64,000 nt of DNA from positions 480,001 to 544,000 of the forward strand of contig CAWEMM010000012.1 of NCBI GenBank assembly GCA_963810095.1. Reading direction: 5' to 3'. The translations under genes were made by a program, and so were the position numbers. The notes under the pieces were generated by a model. It saw nothing but the letters and a program-made list of their open reading frames with translations, made no database searches and was not told where the DNA came from. The stretch comes from an uncultured Chloroflexia bacterium. GTDB lineage: Bacteria > Chloroflexota > Anaerolineae > CG2-30-64-16. The first letter of the stretch is position 1, and each line of letters starts with the position of its first letter. Shown here one piece after another: positions 42,992 through 54,022 of this stretch.

Positions 42992-45187
42992 ATGGGTGGT
43001 AAATCGACGGTGGGAACGGCGGCAGGCGACAGGCAGAAGCGCAAGGGCGAAAGCCCTTTCTTCGGGCGCCTGGACCGGCAGGCCGCCGGTGCCCAGCCAG
43101 GAGCCGGACAAGCTCCACAATCAGAAAATCGCCCGACCCGAAACGACGTTCGTTTCGGCGGAGAGGCAGCCAGGCCTGCGAACAGCGCGGCGAGCGTTGG
43201 AGCAGTCACGCGTGGCGTCGTCCACCCTTCGGTAGCCGAGGCGGACGCGGCAGCTCGGGCAAACGCAGGGAGCTGGGGCTGGCTACCCGCACTCGTGCTT
43301 GTTTCAGCATTCGGGCTCGCAAGCGTCGGCATGGCCATGCAACTCGCCAACGAACAACTTGCGGATACGCCCGGGCCCGCCGCAACCTTCCTGCTCTGGC
43401 TGGGGTTGCTCCTCATCTACACACCGGTGGCGTTTCGCATGGCCCTGCCGCAGGCGCCGCGGCGCGAGCGCATCGCACTGGCCGTCTGGCTTGGGCTGGC
43501 GCTCTATCTCGTCAAGATCTTGCGTTCGCCCGCCGGGTTCACCTTTCACGATGAATTTCCGCACTTTGCGACCGCCGACGCCATCCTGCGGACGCAGCAT
43601 CTATTTGCCCCGAACTCGCTGCAGGGCATCAGCGCGTGGTTTCCGGGGCTCGAGATGGTCACTGCTGCGCTGGCGAGCGTGGGCGGCATTTCGATTGAGG
43701 CCGCGGGCCTGGTCATCATTGGCGTTGCCCGGTTGATTGCGGCGCTGGCGGTGTACCTGCTGTTCGAGGAAATCAGCGGCTCGCCGCGCGTCGCCGGCAT
43801 CGGTTCAGTCCTCGCCATCGCCTATCCCAACTATATCTTCTGGAGCTCCCAGTACTCCTACGAGTCGCTGGCCTTGCCGCTCGCGCTGCTGGTGCTGGCC
43901 GTTGGCTTGCTTGCAGGCCGGCGGAGCGCGCCCCGGCGCGATCTTCTGCTGGTCGGTGGAATCCTGATCGCCGCAGTCATCATGACGCACCACATCACGT
44001 CGTACTTTCTCGTGGCGGCGCTGGTCGCGGTGTACATCGTCACACGCTTCGCACAGGGGCCGGTGGCGCACGTCGAACGGGTCGTCCGGCACATGCCGCG
44101 CCTGCTCCGACGTTTCTTGCCCTGGACGCTGTGGACCCGGCCGACCGAACACACGACGACTTCGCGGGAATGGCGCCCCTTGGCCCTGGCTGCGGGCGGG
44201 CTCGCTGTCCTTTGGCTGATCCCAGCGGGGGGCACCTTGATCAGGTACCTCACGCCGCACCTGGAACGGGCCGCGGCAGGTTTTGTGGGCCTCGCCACCC
44301 GCAACAGCAGCGGCCGGACGCCTTTCTCGACCAGCACCGTAACGGCGCCCGCACCGGTCTGGGAACAACTCGTCGCGTTTGGAGCCGTGCTGTTAATCCT
44401 GGCGGTGATTCCGTTCGGGCTGCTGCAGGTGTGGCGGCGGTATCGCTCGCATGGCATGGCCGTCTTTTTTGCCCTCTCCACGCTGTCCTATCCCTTCACC
44501 CTCGTGCTGAGGATGGCCGGCGGGGGCAGCGAAATTGCGAACCGTTCGTGGGATTTCCTGTTCGTGGCGATTGCGTTCGTGCTGGCCGTGGCGGTCGCCG
44601 AGCTGTGGATGGCGCGCGAGCACTTCATGCCCCGTGCGGCCGTCTTTGCCGGGTATGCGAGCATCGTGCTGATGGGTGCGCTGATCGTCGGCACGCCCGC
44701 GTGGGCGCGCTTGCCGGGCAGTTTCATGGTAGGCGGCGACACCCGCGGGCTGCAGCCCGAGAGCTACGCGGCGACCAACTGGGCGCGTGACGTATTGGGA
44801 CCCGACAACCGGTTTATCGCGGACTACAGCAACAAGCTCCTGCTCGGCTCGTTCGGCGAGCAGTACATCGTCGAAGGAATGTCGTGGGTCTACATTTCGC
44901 CCAAGCTATCGTCGGACAGCGAGCTGGCCGACCTGGTGAAACGTGGCGTCGCGTTTGTCGTCGTCGACGACCGGCTTACGACCGGCGTCCCGCGGATCGG
45001 ACATTACTTCGAGCCGGGCGAGCCCGACTCACCGTGGCGGCAGCCGCTGCCGGCGGCCAACCTGACAAAGTTTGACAAGGCATCGTGCCTGAGCCGCGTG
45101 TTTGACAGCGGCCACATCACGATTTACGAGGTCTCGGCCGCCGGGTGCATGGGCACATCGTCGGCGAGCCAGGGAGGAAACCAGTGA
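42992..45187 (+). CDS. Large polytopic membrane protein (GT-C-like or polymerase candidate)
   Basis: About 13 TM segments, an acidic DE pair in the first large loop (FHDEFPH), a THHITS motif and a soluble C-terminal domain. Confidence 0.7.
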   Translation: MGGKSTVGTAAGDRQKRKGESPFFGRLDRQAAGAQPGAGQAPQSENRPTRNDVRFGGEAARPANSAASVGAVTRGVVHPSVAEADAAARANAGSWGWLPALVLVSAFGLASVGMAMQLANEQLADTPGPAATFLLWLGLLLIYTPVAFRMALPQAPRRERIALAVWLGLALYLVKILRSPAGFTFHDEFPHFATADAILRTQHLFAPNSLQGISAWFPGLEMVTAALASVGGISIEAAGLVIIGVARLIAALAVYLLFEEISGSPRVAGIGSVLAIAYPNYIFWSSQYSYESLALPLALLVLAVGLLAGRRSAPRRDLLLVGGILIAAVIMTHHITSYFLVAALVAVYIVTRFAQGPVAHVERVVRHMPRLLRRFLPWTLWTRPTEHTTTSREWRPLALAAGGLAVLWLIPAGGTLIRYLTPHLERAAAGFVGLATRNSSGRTPFSTSTVTAPAPVWEQLVAFGAVLLILAVIPFGLLQVWRRYRSHGMAVFFALSTLSYPFTLVLRMAGGGSEIANRSWDFLFVAIAFVLAVAVAELWMAREHFMPRAAVFAGYASIVLMGALIVGTPAWARLPGSFMVGGDTRGLQPESYAATNWARDVLGPDNRFIADYSNKLLLGSFGEQYIVEGMSWVYISPKLSSDSELADLVKRGVAFVVVDDRLTTGVPRIGHYFEPGEPDSPWRQPLPAANLTKFDKASCLSRVFDSGHITIYEVSAAGCMGTSSASQGGNQ

Positions 45188-46377
45188 TGGCTGCAACCGC
45201 GCCAACCGGCAGCGCACGCCTGAAGGTGCTGCTGGCTTCGAACATGTACGCGTACTCGGGCAACTGGGACAAGCTGGACGCGCTCGGCCGCTTTGTCGAC
45301 TTGGCGGTGATCACGCCCGAGCGCTGGGGCGTGCCCGAGCTGAACCAGATGCTGGAGGTGCCCGAGAAGGCGCCCGGAGCGCCGTGGCGCCAGTACCGTC
45401 TGCCGGCACATGTTTACGAAAAGGGCAATCCCTTTCGTTTCTTCTACAGCCCCGCCGCGCTCAGCCGGGTGATCGAGACGGAGCGGCCGGACATCGTCCA
45501 TGTCGAGCAGGAACCCGAAAGCATCAACTTGCTGCAGTTCAGCCTGCTCAAACTGCGCCGCGGCTTCCCGCTGGTATTCGTAGCCTGGGAAGACCATAAC
45601 CCGCTGCAGCTTGGCTGGGGCTTCCGCAAGGTTAACTATGCGATGGCGGACGGGGGCATTTTCGGCAACCAGGTAGCAATGGACCGGGCGGTCAAGTTCG
45701 GCTTTCACAAGAAGATGGAAGTGATCCCGCAGTACGGGTTCGAGATCACCGCCGGCTCAGACGCAGAGTCGCGGCCCGACGATGGCAGGTTTGTGGTCGG
45801 CTACGCTGGCCGGCTGGTGCCCGAGAAGGGCGTGCTGACCCTGGTGGAAGCCACCCGTTTTATGCCAAACACCGAGGTTCTCGTCGCCGGCGAGGGCCCG
45901 CTCGCCAGCCAAATCCGCCACGAGCCGCACGTGAAGATGCTCGGCTGGGTGCCGCGGACCGAGATGGCGTCGTTTTGGTCGCAGCTCGACGTGATGGTGC
46001 TTCCATCGCTGACCGACGGCAAGAAGTGGGTCGAGCAATTCGGCAGGGTGTTGGTGGAGGCGATGGCCGCCGGCGTGCCCGTGGTCGGCTCCGATGCCGG
46101 GCGCATCCCCGACACGGTCGGCGATGCCGGGCTCATCTTCCACGAGGGCGACGCGGCCGGCCTGGGCCAGGCATTGGATGCACTGCGCACGAGCCGGGCG
46201 CGGCGCATCGAACTGCGCGCCAAAGGACTGGCGCGCGTCCGCGAGCACTACAGCCACGAGGTGCTGATGGGCCGCACGGTGCGCTTTTACGAAGAAGTGC
46301 TGGCGCAGCATAAGCCCGAGGCCACGGGTGTTCCTGGTCGGGCGGTGTATCCGGAAACCCGGCAGGCTGAGAGGTAG
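45187..46377 (+). CDS. GT4 glycosyltransferase
   Basis: GYAGRLVPEKG and EQFGRVLVEAMAAG. Confidence 0.9.
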   Translation: MAATAPTGSARLKVLLASNMYAYSGNWDKLDALGRFVDLAVITPERWGVPELNQMLEVPEKAPGAPWRQYRLPAHVYEKGNPFRFFYSPAALSRVIETERPDIVHVEQEPESINLLQFSLLKLRRGFPLVFVAWEDHNPLQLGWGFRKVNYAMADGGIFGNQVAMDRAVKFGFHKKMEVIPQYGFEITAGSDAESRPDDGRFVVGYAGRLVPEKGVLTLVEATRFMPNTEVLVAGEGPLASQIRHEPHVKMLGWVPRTEMASFWSQLDVMVLPSLTDGKKWVEQFGRVLVEAMAAGVPVVGSDAGRIPDTVGDAGLIFHEGDAAGLGQALDALRTSRARRIELRAKGLARVREHYSHEVLMGRTVRFYEEVLAQHKPEATGVPGRAVYPETRQAER

Positions 46378-46380
46378 CGG

Positions 46381-47172
46381 GTGCGGCGAACGAACGGCGA
46401 CCTCCTGGTCGTGATCCTCCTCTCGATTCTGGCAGCTGCCACCGGTGCGATCTCGGGCGACAGCTCGAACGTGCTGCGCGCGGGCCTCAGCCTGCCGTTC
46501 GTGCTGTTCCTGCCAGGTTATGCCCTCTCGGCAGCCCTGCTGCCCGACGGCCGGGCCGGGCTGGCCGAGCGCATCGCGCTCAGCGCGGGCCTGAGCCTCG
46601 CGATCGCGATGATCGGAGGCTTGCTGCTCAATCTCCTGTCATCTGGGCTCACGGCGCAGTCCTGGCGTTTCCTGCTGCTGGGCGTGACCTTGGTGGCCGC
46701 CGGGTATGCGATCTGGCGGCGGCAGCACAGCGGGGCGCCGGGACCCGGCCCGCTCGTGACGCGGATCTCATTGCGCGAAGCCGTGCTGGTGAGCAGTGCG
46801 GCGCTCCTGATCGGTCTGACGCTTGGCCTGGGTGCGATCGGCGTCGACCCGAATGGGCGGAGCGGGGGCAGTCGGGCCGCGTTCACCCAGATGTGGGCTG
46901 TGCCCGCCCCGGCCGGCGATCAGTACGTCGTCAATGTCGGCTTGCAGAACTACGAGGCCGAGCGCACGACCTACCGGGTGACCCTCGAAGCGGGCGGCCG
47001 GCTGCTGGCCGAATGGCCGCGGATCGTGCTGGCTAACGGCGCGAGTTGGCAGGCGCAGGCGACGCTGCCCCCGAGCTTGCGCAGCCAGGTCGTCACTGCC
47101 AATGCCTATCGGGCCGACGAAACGGCTCCGTACCGCCACGTACGTCTCGCGCCCCAGGGAAGCAATCCATGA
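46381..47172 (+). CDS. DUF1616-like membrane protein
   Basis: LFLPGYAL, ERIALSAGLS, FTQMW and NYE...TYRV: four to five TM helices plus a small beta domain. Confidence 0.72.
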   Translation: MRRTNGDLLVVILLSILAAATGAISGDSSNVLRAGLSLPFVLFLPGYALSAALLPDGRAGLAERIALSAGLSLAIAMIGGLLLNLLSSGLTAQSWRFLLLGVTLVAAGYAIWRRQHSGAPGPGPLVTRISLREAVLVSSAALLIGLTLGLGAIGVDPNGRSGGSRAAFTQMWAVPAPAGDQYVVNVGLQNYEAERTTYRVTLEAGGRLLAEWPRIVLANGASWQAQATLPPSLRSQVVTANAYRADETAPYRHVRLAPQGSNP

Positions 47173-48389
47173 AACGGGCGTCGATCATCGGGGCGGGCGC
47201 CGGATTCGTGCTCATTTGCCTGACGCGGGCGTGGGCCCGGGGCCTAGCCGCGCGGGAGCTGCCGCGCCGGCAGGAGCCCCGGCTGCCCGAGCGCTGGCCG
47301 TCCGTCTCGATAATTGTGCCTGCGTGGGAAGAACGGGGGATGCTCGAAGCCTGCCTGGACCAACTCAGTCGCATCGAATACGAGAGCTATGAGGTGATCG
47401 TGGTGGCGGGGGGGTCCGACGGCACCGTCGAAGCTGCAGCCGAGCACGCCCGCGGCGACAGGCGTGTGCGCGTCATGGTCCAGCGAAGCAGGGGCGGGAA
47501 GAACGGCGCGATGAACGACGCGGCTCGCCGGGCCCGCTATGACGTGCTCGTGTTCCTCGACGCCGATGCGCTGGTCGCACAGGGGTGGCTCAAAGGCCTG
47601 ATCGCAGCGCTTGAACCGGGTTACGCGGCCAGCACAGGGAAGTACGTCCCGACCCGCCGCACGCTTGTTTCTCGGGCTGGGGAGATGAGCGAAGTGCTCG
47701 AGAAAGAGGTGCGGGGACGCGTCATCCTGCAGGGCAGCGGCAGCGTTGCGATCCGTCGGGACGTGTTCGACGCGATCGGCGGCATCCCCGAGGGCCGCTA
47801 TGCAGACGATTGGGCGTTATCGGCGCTGCTGCGCGAGAGGGGATATCAAGTAGCCTATGCCCCGGCCGCGCTCTTGTGCAGCGAGCGACCCGCAACCCTT
47901 CGCGAGTGGTGGCGGAACGAGTTGCGGTGGCGCCGGACGCATTTGCTCACGCTTTTTCATGTGGCGCGGTATGAGCTGCGCGATCCGGTGTCCGCGGCCA
48001 AAGCCCTCTATCCGTATGCCGTTGCCTGGACCGTGATTGGCCTCTCTGCGGCTGCGGGCGTGGCGCAGGTGGCGGGCTTCCAGCGAAGAATGCTGCTGGA
48101 GACGTTGTTGGCGGCGGTCGTGGGCGGGGCCGTCATTCGGGAAGTCGCCGGCGCGTTCGAGACTGCGGCCTACACCGGAGAGGCACATTGGCTGCGGGTC
48201 GGGCCGGTTATGGCGGTTCTGACGGGCCTGGGTTGGTTGGCTAATGCGATTGCGACGCTGACGACCCGCCAAACGCGGCTTCATTTCAAGGGTCCGCGGA
48301 GCGGTGCCACCGCCACGCCCGAGCCGGACGCGACACCGGCCCAGCCCTGCCTGCCCGCCGCGGTTCCGGAGGTCAAGACAACGCTATGA
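47169..48389 (+). CDS. Membrane GT2 glycosyltransferase (processive-like motifs)
   Basis: VSIIVPA, DGT, GGKNGA, FLDAD, ADD and ELRWRR (QxxRW-like); C-terminal TM helices. Confidence 0.85.
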   Translation: MKRASIIGAGAGFVLICLTRAWARGLAARELPRRQEPRLPERWPSVSIIVPAWEERGMLEACLDQLSRIEYESYEVIVVAGGSDGTVEAAAEHARGDRRVRVMVQRSRGGKNGAMNDAARRARYDVLVFLDADALVAQGWLKGLIAALEPGYAASTGKYVPTRRTLVSRAGEMSEVLEKEVRGRVILQGSGSVAIRRDVFDAIGGIPEGRYADDWALSALLRERGYQVAYAPAALLCSERPATLREWWRNELRWRRTHLLTLFHVARYELRDPVSAAKALYPYAVAWTVIGLSAAAGVAQVAGFQRRMLLETLLAAVVGGAVIREVAGAFETAAYTGEAHWLRVGPVMAVLTGLGWLANAIATLTTRQTRLHFKGPRSGATATPEPDATPAQPCLPAAVPEVKTTL

Positions 48390-49306
48390 GCATGACCGTC
48401 GCGATCGTCAGCTACAACACGCGCGAGCACTTGCGGGCATGCCTCGAGTCCGTGGTCGCAGAGCGCCCGCCGCAGGTAGTCGTGGTCGACAATGCCTCGA
48501 CAGACGGCAGCCCCGAAATGGTACGGGCGTACTTCCCTGAGGTTGAGTTGGTGGCCGCGCCGAACGAGGGGTTCGGAGCCGGCGCCAACCTTGCGATCGA
48601 ACAGGCGCGGCTGCCCTTCGTGCTGCTGCTGAACAGCGATACCCGGCTGCACCCCGGCTGCCTTACGGAACTCACGGCCTACCTTCAGACGCATCCGGAG
48701 GCCGGTATGGTCGGCCCGCGCCTGGTCAACCCCGACGGAACGCTTCAACCCTCCATCTACCCGCTACCCAGCCCAACGGCCGAGTTGGTGCGGTGGACGT
48801 CCGTGCGCCCGATTGCCGGCCGCGTTCCACGTTTGCGCCAGAAGTATCTCATCGATTGCCCACACGACCGCGCTCTACGCGTCGGTTGGGTTGCCGGCGC
48901 GGCGCTGGCGATCCGAAAAAGCGCCTTCGAGGCCGTTGGCGGCTTCGACACATCCTTCTTTATGTACTCAGAAGAGGTCGACCTGGCGTACTCGATGGAG
49001 GAAGCCGGGTGGCAGGTGCACTTCGCGCCGGTGACCACCGTGACCCATTTCGGCGGGGCCAGCACAGAGGCCCACCGGTCCGATATGATGACGCGCTTGT
49101 TTGACTCGATGGTGCTCCTCTACCGGAAGCACTTCTCGCGGGATTGGCAGCGCAAGCTGAAGGTGATCATCACTTACGTCATGCTGCGCAACCTGCTGCG
49201 CGACCGGTGGCGGCTCTTGAGAACCCGCGGCCCGAAACAGTACGAGCAGTTGGCGCAGGACCTCGCCGCCTGGCGCCGCGTCTTGCGGACCATCTGGAGC
49301 GGATGA
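48386..49306 (+). CDS. GT2 glycosyltransferase (WbbL/rhamnosyltransferase-like)
   Basis: VVDNASTDGS, NEGFGAGAN, LLNSD and GGFD-FFMYSEEVDL. Confidence 0.9.
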   Translation: MSMTVAIVSYNTREHLRACLESVVAERPPQVVVVDNASTDGSPEMVRAYFPEVELVAAPNEGFGAGANLAIEQARLPFVLLLNSDTRLHPGCLTELTAYLQTHPEAGMVGPRLVNPDGTLQPSIYPLPSPTAELVRWTSVRPIAGRVPRLRQKYLIDCPHDRALRVGWVAGAALAIRKSAFEAVGGFDTSFFMYSEEVDLAYSMEEAGWQVHFAPVTTVTHFGGASTEAHRSDMMTRLFDSMVLLYRKHFSRDWQRKLKVIITYVMLRNLLRDRWRLLRTRGPKQYEQLAQDLAAWRRVLRTIWSG

Positions 49307-49307
49307 G

Positions 49308-50807
49308 GTGGCAAGTTCGGTGGGCGTTTCGGTCCTGGAGCTTCTGCATCCCCTTGGATATGCGCGGACGGTGCGCGTGATCGGTAGAGGATATGAAGCG
49401 CCCGGCTTGTGCCCCGAGGGCCACGACCAGGCAGCGGGCCTTGCGGACCTCGTCCTCCTTGCACCCAGCGCCGACGAGCTTGCAGAACCGGGCTGGTTGG
49501 AAGCGGCCGTGGAAGGGGCGGCGGGGTCTCTGGAGCGAGACGGCGTGCTTTACATTTTGGCGGGCCGCAGCCGCCGCAGCCACCTACGCGCGCTGCTGGC
49601 TCGCTGCAAGCTCAAGGTTGCCTCCACCATCATGCATCACCAGGACTGGTCAGGCGCCGAAACAATGGTGCCGCTGCAGCCGGCGCCCATCGCCTATGCC
49701 TTCTCCCGCCTGATCCCAACTCATCCGCTCCGCCGGCGCCTCGCGCTGGGTCTGATCCGGCTGCCCGGCGTGCTCGCGCTCGCGGCCGCGCTGCTGCCCC
49801 GCGTCGGCCTGCTCGTCCAGCGGCCCGAAGCGCGGCCGGCAGCCGCCTGGTTCACCGGCCTACCGGGCTTGGGAGAGCCGATCAGTGGCGTCGTCGTCAA
49901 CACGAGCTGGCGCGGCGGCGACGGCGCAGTCTTGCTGCATGCGGTCGATGCATGGCCCGGGGAAGCGAGGGGCATCGCCAAGACCTGGCTCTCCGGAAAC
50001 GGCGACGACAGCGTTGGCCGGGAAGCAGAGGGCCTGGGGGATATCGGGGACCGTGCCGGTCAGTTCGGCGTGCAGGTGCCCCGACTTCTGGGACGGGGCC
50101 GGCTGGGGGGCCGGCCATTCGTAGCCGAGAGCGCGGTCGTCGGGGAGAAAGCCGCGCTTTTCCTCCGCCACGATCCGCGCAAGCTGCAGGCGCTGCTGAC
50201 TCAGCTGACCGAGTGGCTGGTCGCCTGGAACTCCGCCACCATTCAGCCGCGGGTTCTGACCGAAGATATCCTGGACGGCATCCTGCTGCAGCCGGCCGCC
50301 GAGTTGTTGTCGCAGACCGACGGCTATGAAGCCTACCGCCGGCAGCTGCAGGCCCTGGCGAGCCGCGTGGTGGGGAAAGAAGGCCCCGTCGTCGCGGCCC
50401 ACGGCGACCTTACCATGGTGAACGTGCTGGTAGATGACGCGGGACGGCTCGGCATCATCGACTGGGAGACCGGTCGCCCGGCCGAACTGCCGCTGATGGA
50501 CTTCTTTTACGCCGTGGTCGATGCGGCGGCGGCTGTGGATGACTATCGTGACCGCCCGGCGGCGTTCGCCGAGTGTTTCGCGCCTGCGGGGCGTTACCGG
50601 CCGCTGGTCGCGCCGCTGCAGCAATCGTGCGAGCAGGCGCTCGGCCTGAGCGAAGACCAGGTGGCCCTCAGCTTCCACGCCTCCTGGCTCAAGTTCGCGC
50701 TTGACGAACGCGACGAGTCGGCAAAGGCCGCGCCGGACGAGTTTCTACAGATCGTGCGCCACGCCGCCACGGGTCGCTACGAACGCGCAGGTCGCTGGCC
50801 GGCGTGA
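49308..50807 (+). CDS. APH/kinase-like phosphotransferase domain protein
   Basis: Brenner-type HGDLTMVN and IIDWE motifs in the C-terminal half. Confidence 0.75.
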   Translation: MASSVGVSVLELLHPLGYARTVRVIGRGYEAPGLCPEGHDQAAGLADLVLLAPSADELAEPGWLEAAVEGAAGSLERDGVLYILAGRSRRSHLRALLARCKLKVASTIMHHQDWSGAETMVPLQPAPIAYAFSRLIPTHPLRRRLALGLIRLPGVLALAAALLPRVGLLVQRPEARPAAAWFTGLPGLGEPISGVVVNTSWRGGDGAVLLHAVDAWPGEARGIAKTWLSGNGDDSVGREAEGLGDIGDRAGQFGVQVPRLLGRGRLGGRPFVAESAVVGEKAALFLRHDPRKLQALLTQLTEWLVAWNSATIQPRVLTEDILDGILLQPAAELLSQTDGYEAYRRQLQALASRVVGKEGPVVAAHGDLTMVNVLVDDAGRLGIIDWETGRPAELPLMDFFYAVVDAAAAVDDYRDRPAAFAECFAPAGRYRPLVAPLQQSCEQALGLSEDQVALSFHASWLKFALDERDESAKAAPDEFLQIVRHAATGRYERAGRWPA

Positions 50808-52101
50808 CGCTGATGAGCTCACCTTGGCCCGAGCCGCCTTGCCCCTCACAGAAGCGCAAGGTCCTGATGCTGTCGCCGTTTGCGCCACGGCTCGACGCCA
50901 GCATGGGCGGCCCCCGCGTCATCGCGCAGCTGATCATGGCGCTTTCCTGCGGCGAACAACTCGGGCTCCTGTATCTACGCGGCCAGGACGAGCCGTCGCT
51001 CGACGAGCGGGTGCGGGCGGCTTGCGATGTGGCGATCGAGGTCAAGCGCGCAGACGCCAGTGCGGGGATCAGGAGATGGAGAGAGCACGCGGCCGCGGCG
51101 CTGGATCTGGCGCGCGGCATTCCAAGTTGGGTCTCCGGTTGGCATCAGCCCGCGTTTCGCGCGGACGTTGCGCTCGCTTACCTCGACCTGGCAGCCGGAA
51201 ATCGTACAGGCGGAATTCCACCTGATGGCACAGTACCTGCCCGCGCTGGGGCCAGCCCGTCCGCCAACCGTCCTCAATCAGCACGAGCCCGGCGCGGCCG
51301 CAGCGAGCGATCGCAGCCGGCTCGGCCTGATGCCGGGGCGAGTGGCGCCGTGGCTGGAGGTGCGGGCGTGGCGCAAATACGAGCAGTCACTCGCCCGGCA
51401 TGTCGACGCCATCGTCACCTTCACCGAGCGGGACCGAGAGGCGATGGAAGCCTTGCACCCGTCCGGCAAGCTCAAAGTCATCGCGCTCGGGGCATTTGTA
51501 CCACACGTCCCGGCGAATCCGCTCGGCGGCCAGCCGCCCGCTATCCTTTTCTTCGGCAACTATCTGCACGCGCCGAACTTCGACGCGGCGCTTGCACCTT
51601 GCGCATGACATCTACCCGCAGCTGCGGGCCCAGGTCCCCGACCTGTGCCTCTGGTTGCCTGGAGACGGCGCGCCCGCCGCGCTCCTGGCGCTGGCGAACG
51701 AGCAGGTCCACGTGCCCGGCCGGGTGGCGAGCCTGCAGCCCTATCTGGACGGAGCGGCCGTCGTCGTGGCGCCGATTCGTATTGGCGGCGGGATGCGGGT
51801 GAAGGTGCTCGAGGCGCTGGCTGCCGGCAAGGCGGTGGTCGCGTCGCCGCGCGCGCTGGAAGGGCTGAACCTCGTGGACGGGGAGCAGGTGCTCAGCGCC
51901 CAGAGCGACGAGGACTTCGTGCGGCGGGTGCTCTGGCTGATCGGCAACCCGGCCGAACGGTCGAGGCTGGCCGGGCGCGCGCGCCAATGGGCGGTCGAAC
52001 ATCTCAGCTGGGATCGGACGGCCGCGAAGTACTCGGCGCTCTACGATGAACTGCAGCGCGACGCGCAGACAGCTGACGTGGAACGGAAATCTCGTGGCTA
52101 A
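50804..52101 (+). CDS. GT4 glycosyltransferase (two frameshifts)
   Basis: KVLMLSPFAP, FFGNYLHAPN and PIRIGGGMRVKVLEALAAGK across three frames. Confidence 0.85.
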
Positions 52102-53132
52102 AGGCGCGAGCCCGGGAGCACGCATGGCGCGGCAGGCTGAAGCAGACGTCTGGCGCTTCCGCGACGATCCGCAGGCCCTTGCGCAGCTGCCGCTCGGCCG
52201 CTTCTCGGAAGCGGGCGTGCGCAGCCTGCTGTTGCGGCGCTTGTGCCTCAAGCTGCCCTTCCCGGCGACGGTCATCGCGGCTCTTGGTTCTTTGAAATGG
52301 GGCGGTGCCGGATCGAAAGCGGGTGGGTTCGCAGCCGAGATAGTCTACTGGCGCCGCGCCCGGGCGCTGCTCACCCCCTCGGAATGGACCGCGCTGACGC
52401 ACGGACCCGTGATCCTGATGTACCACGCTTTAGGTGGACCACGGGAGCCGGGGAGCCGTTACATCCTGCCCTCCGCGCGCTTCCGGCGGCAGGTCGCATG
52501 GCTGCGCGCACGGGGCTACCGGATCATTCCCCTTGCCGAGTTGGCCCGGGCCCGCACCGGCGCCCAAGTCCCGCCCGCGCGATTCAATCGTCCTGACCTT
52601 CGACGATGGCTACAAGGACAACGCTGCGGCGCTAACCCAGGCCGGTTTGCCGGCGACCGTGTTCGTGGTCACCGCCCAGGTCGGAGGCACGAACGCCTGG
52701 GACCGCGAGGGCCGGCTGGCGGGGCGCGCTTTGCTGGATTGGGACGAGGCCAGGCAGCTTAGGAGCGCCGGCGTGGAGATCGGGGCCCATTCCCGCACGC
52801 ACCCCTCCCTGCCCGACGTGGACGTCGAGCGGTTGGCCCACGAGGTGTGCGGCGCGCTCGCCGACCTGCAAAGGGAACTCGGACCGGGTGCTTATTCGTT
52901 TGCTTATCCACACGGGCGATTTGATGCCCGCACGCAGGAGCAGGTCGCCGCGGCGGGCTTCAGTGCTGCCTGCTGCAGCCGGGGCGGCGTCAACGATGCT
53001 GCCGTTGGGCAGTTCGAGTTGCGGCGCGTGGAAATCAAGGGCACGGATTCATTCCTCAGTTTTGTGCTGATGGTGTGGTTGGGCCGGCGCATTACGCCGG
53101 TCCAGTTGTTGAGGAGCTTGTTTCTTGGCTGA
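52094..53132 (+). CDS. Polysaccharide deacetylase (CE4/NodB), frameshift near 52575
   Basis: ILMYH, LTFDDGY, IGAHSRTH and FAYPHG. Confidence 0.88.
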
Positions 53133-54022
53133 ACGGGTCACTGAGCTGACCGTGGCGATTGCCACGCTTAACCGGCCCGAGGGCGTGGCACGGTGCCTCG
53201 ACGCGCTCGACGCCGGCAGCGCGCTGCCCGTCCGAGATCGTGGTGGTCGACCAGAGCGCGGGCGACGAGACCGAGCATCTGATCGGCTCGGCGCGCCACG
53301 GCGTGGTGCCGGTGCGCTACGTACGCCAGTCGCGCCGCGGCCTTTCTGCCTCGCGAAACCAGGGCCTGTCGGTTGCCTCCTGCCCAGTCGTTGCCATGAC
53401 AGACGACGATTGTGTGCCAGATCAGGGTTGGGTGGCTGCCCTGGCGGACAGTTTCGGGGCGGACGGCGTGGCGGCCGTGTCGGGTCGCGTCATGCCATAC
53501 GGGCCGGACGTGCGGGGCATGTACGCGGTTTCCTCGCGCCTCAGCACGGCCCGGGCCACCTTCGAGCGAAAGGGGCCGCCGTGGATGGCGGGCAGCGGCG
53601 GCAACTTTGCCGTGCGACGTGAAGTCTGGTCGCGGTTAGGGGGGTTTGACGAACGACTGGGCGCCGGGTCGGCGGGCCTGGCCGCCGAAGACATGGACTT
53701 TATCTACCGGATGCTGTGCGCGGGCGAGAAAATCCTGTACGACCCCAGCGCCATTGTCTATCACGAGCGGCAGGATCTGCGCCGGCGGACGGCCACTCGC
53801 TGGAGCTACGGGTACGGCATCGGCGCAGCGTGCGGCAAGTGGCTGCGCTTGAGCGATCCCTACGCCGCCCGAGTGCTGGCGGGCTGGATGGTGTGGCGGA
53901 CGCGCGGGCTGCTGACGGCCGTACGGCGTCGGGAAGCGCAGGCGATCAACGAGCATGGCCTGATGCTGCGCGGGACCTTGGCCGGCCTGGCGTATGGGCT
54001 GCGCCTAAGGGGCGTCCGCTGA
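53125..54022 (+). CDS. GT2 glycosyltransferase (frameshift near 53230)
   Basis: TVAIATLNR, VVVDQS, GLSASRN, TDDD, GGFDERLG and AED. Confidence 0.87.
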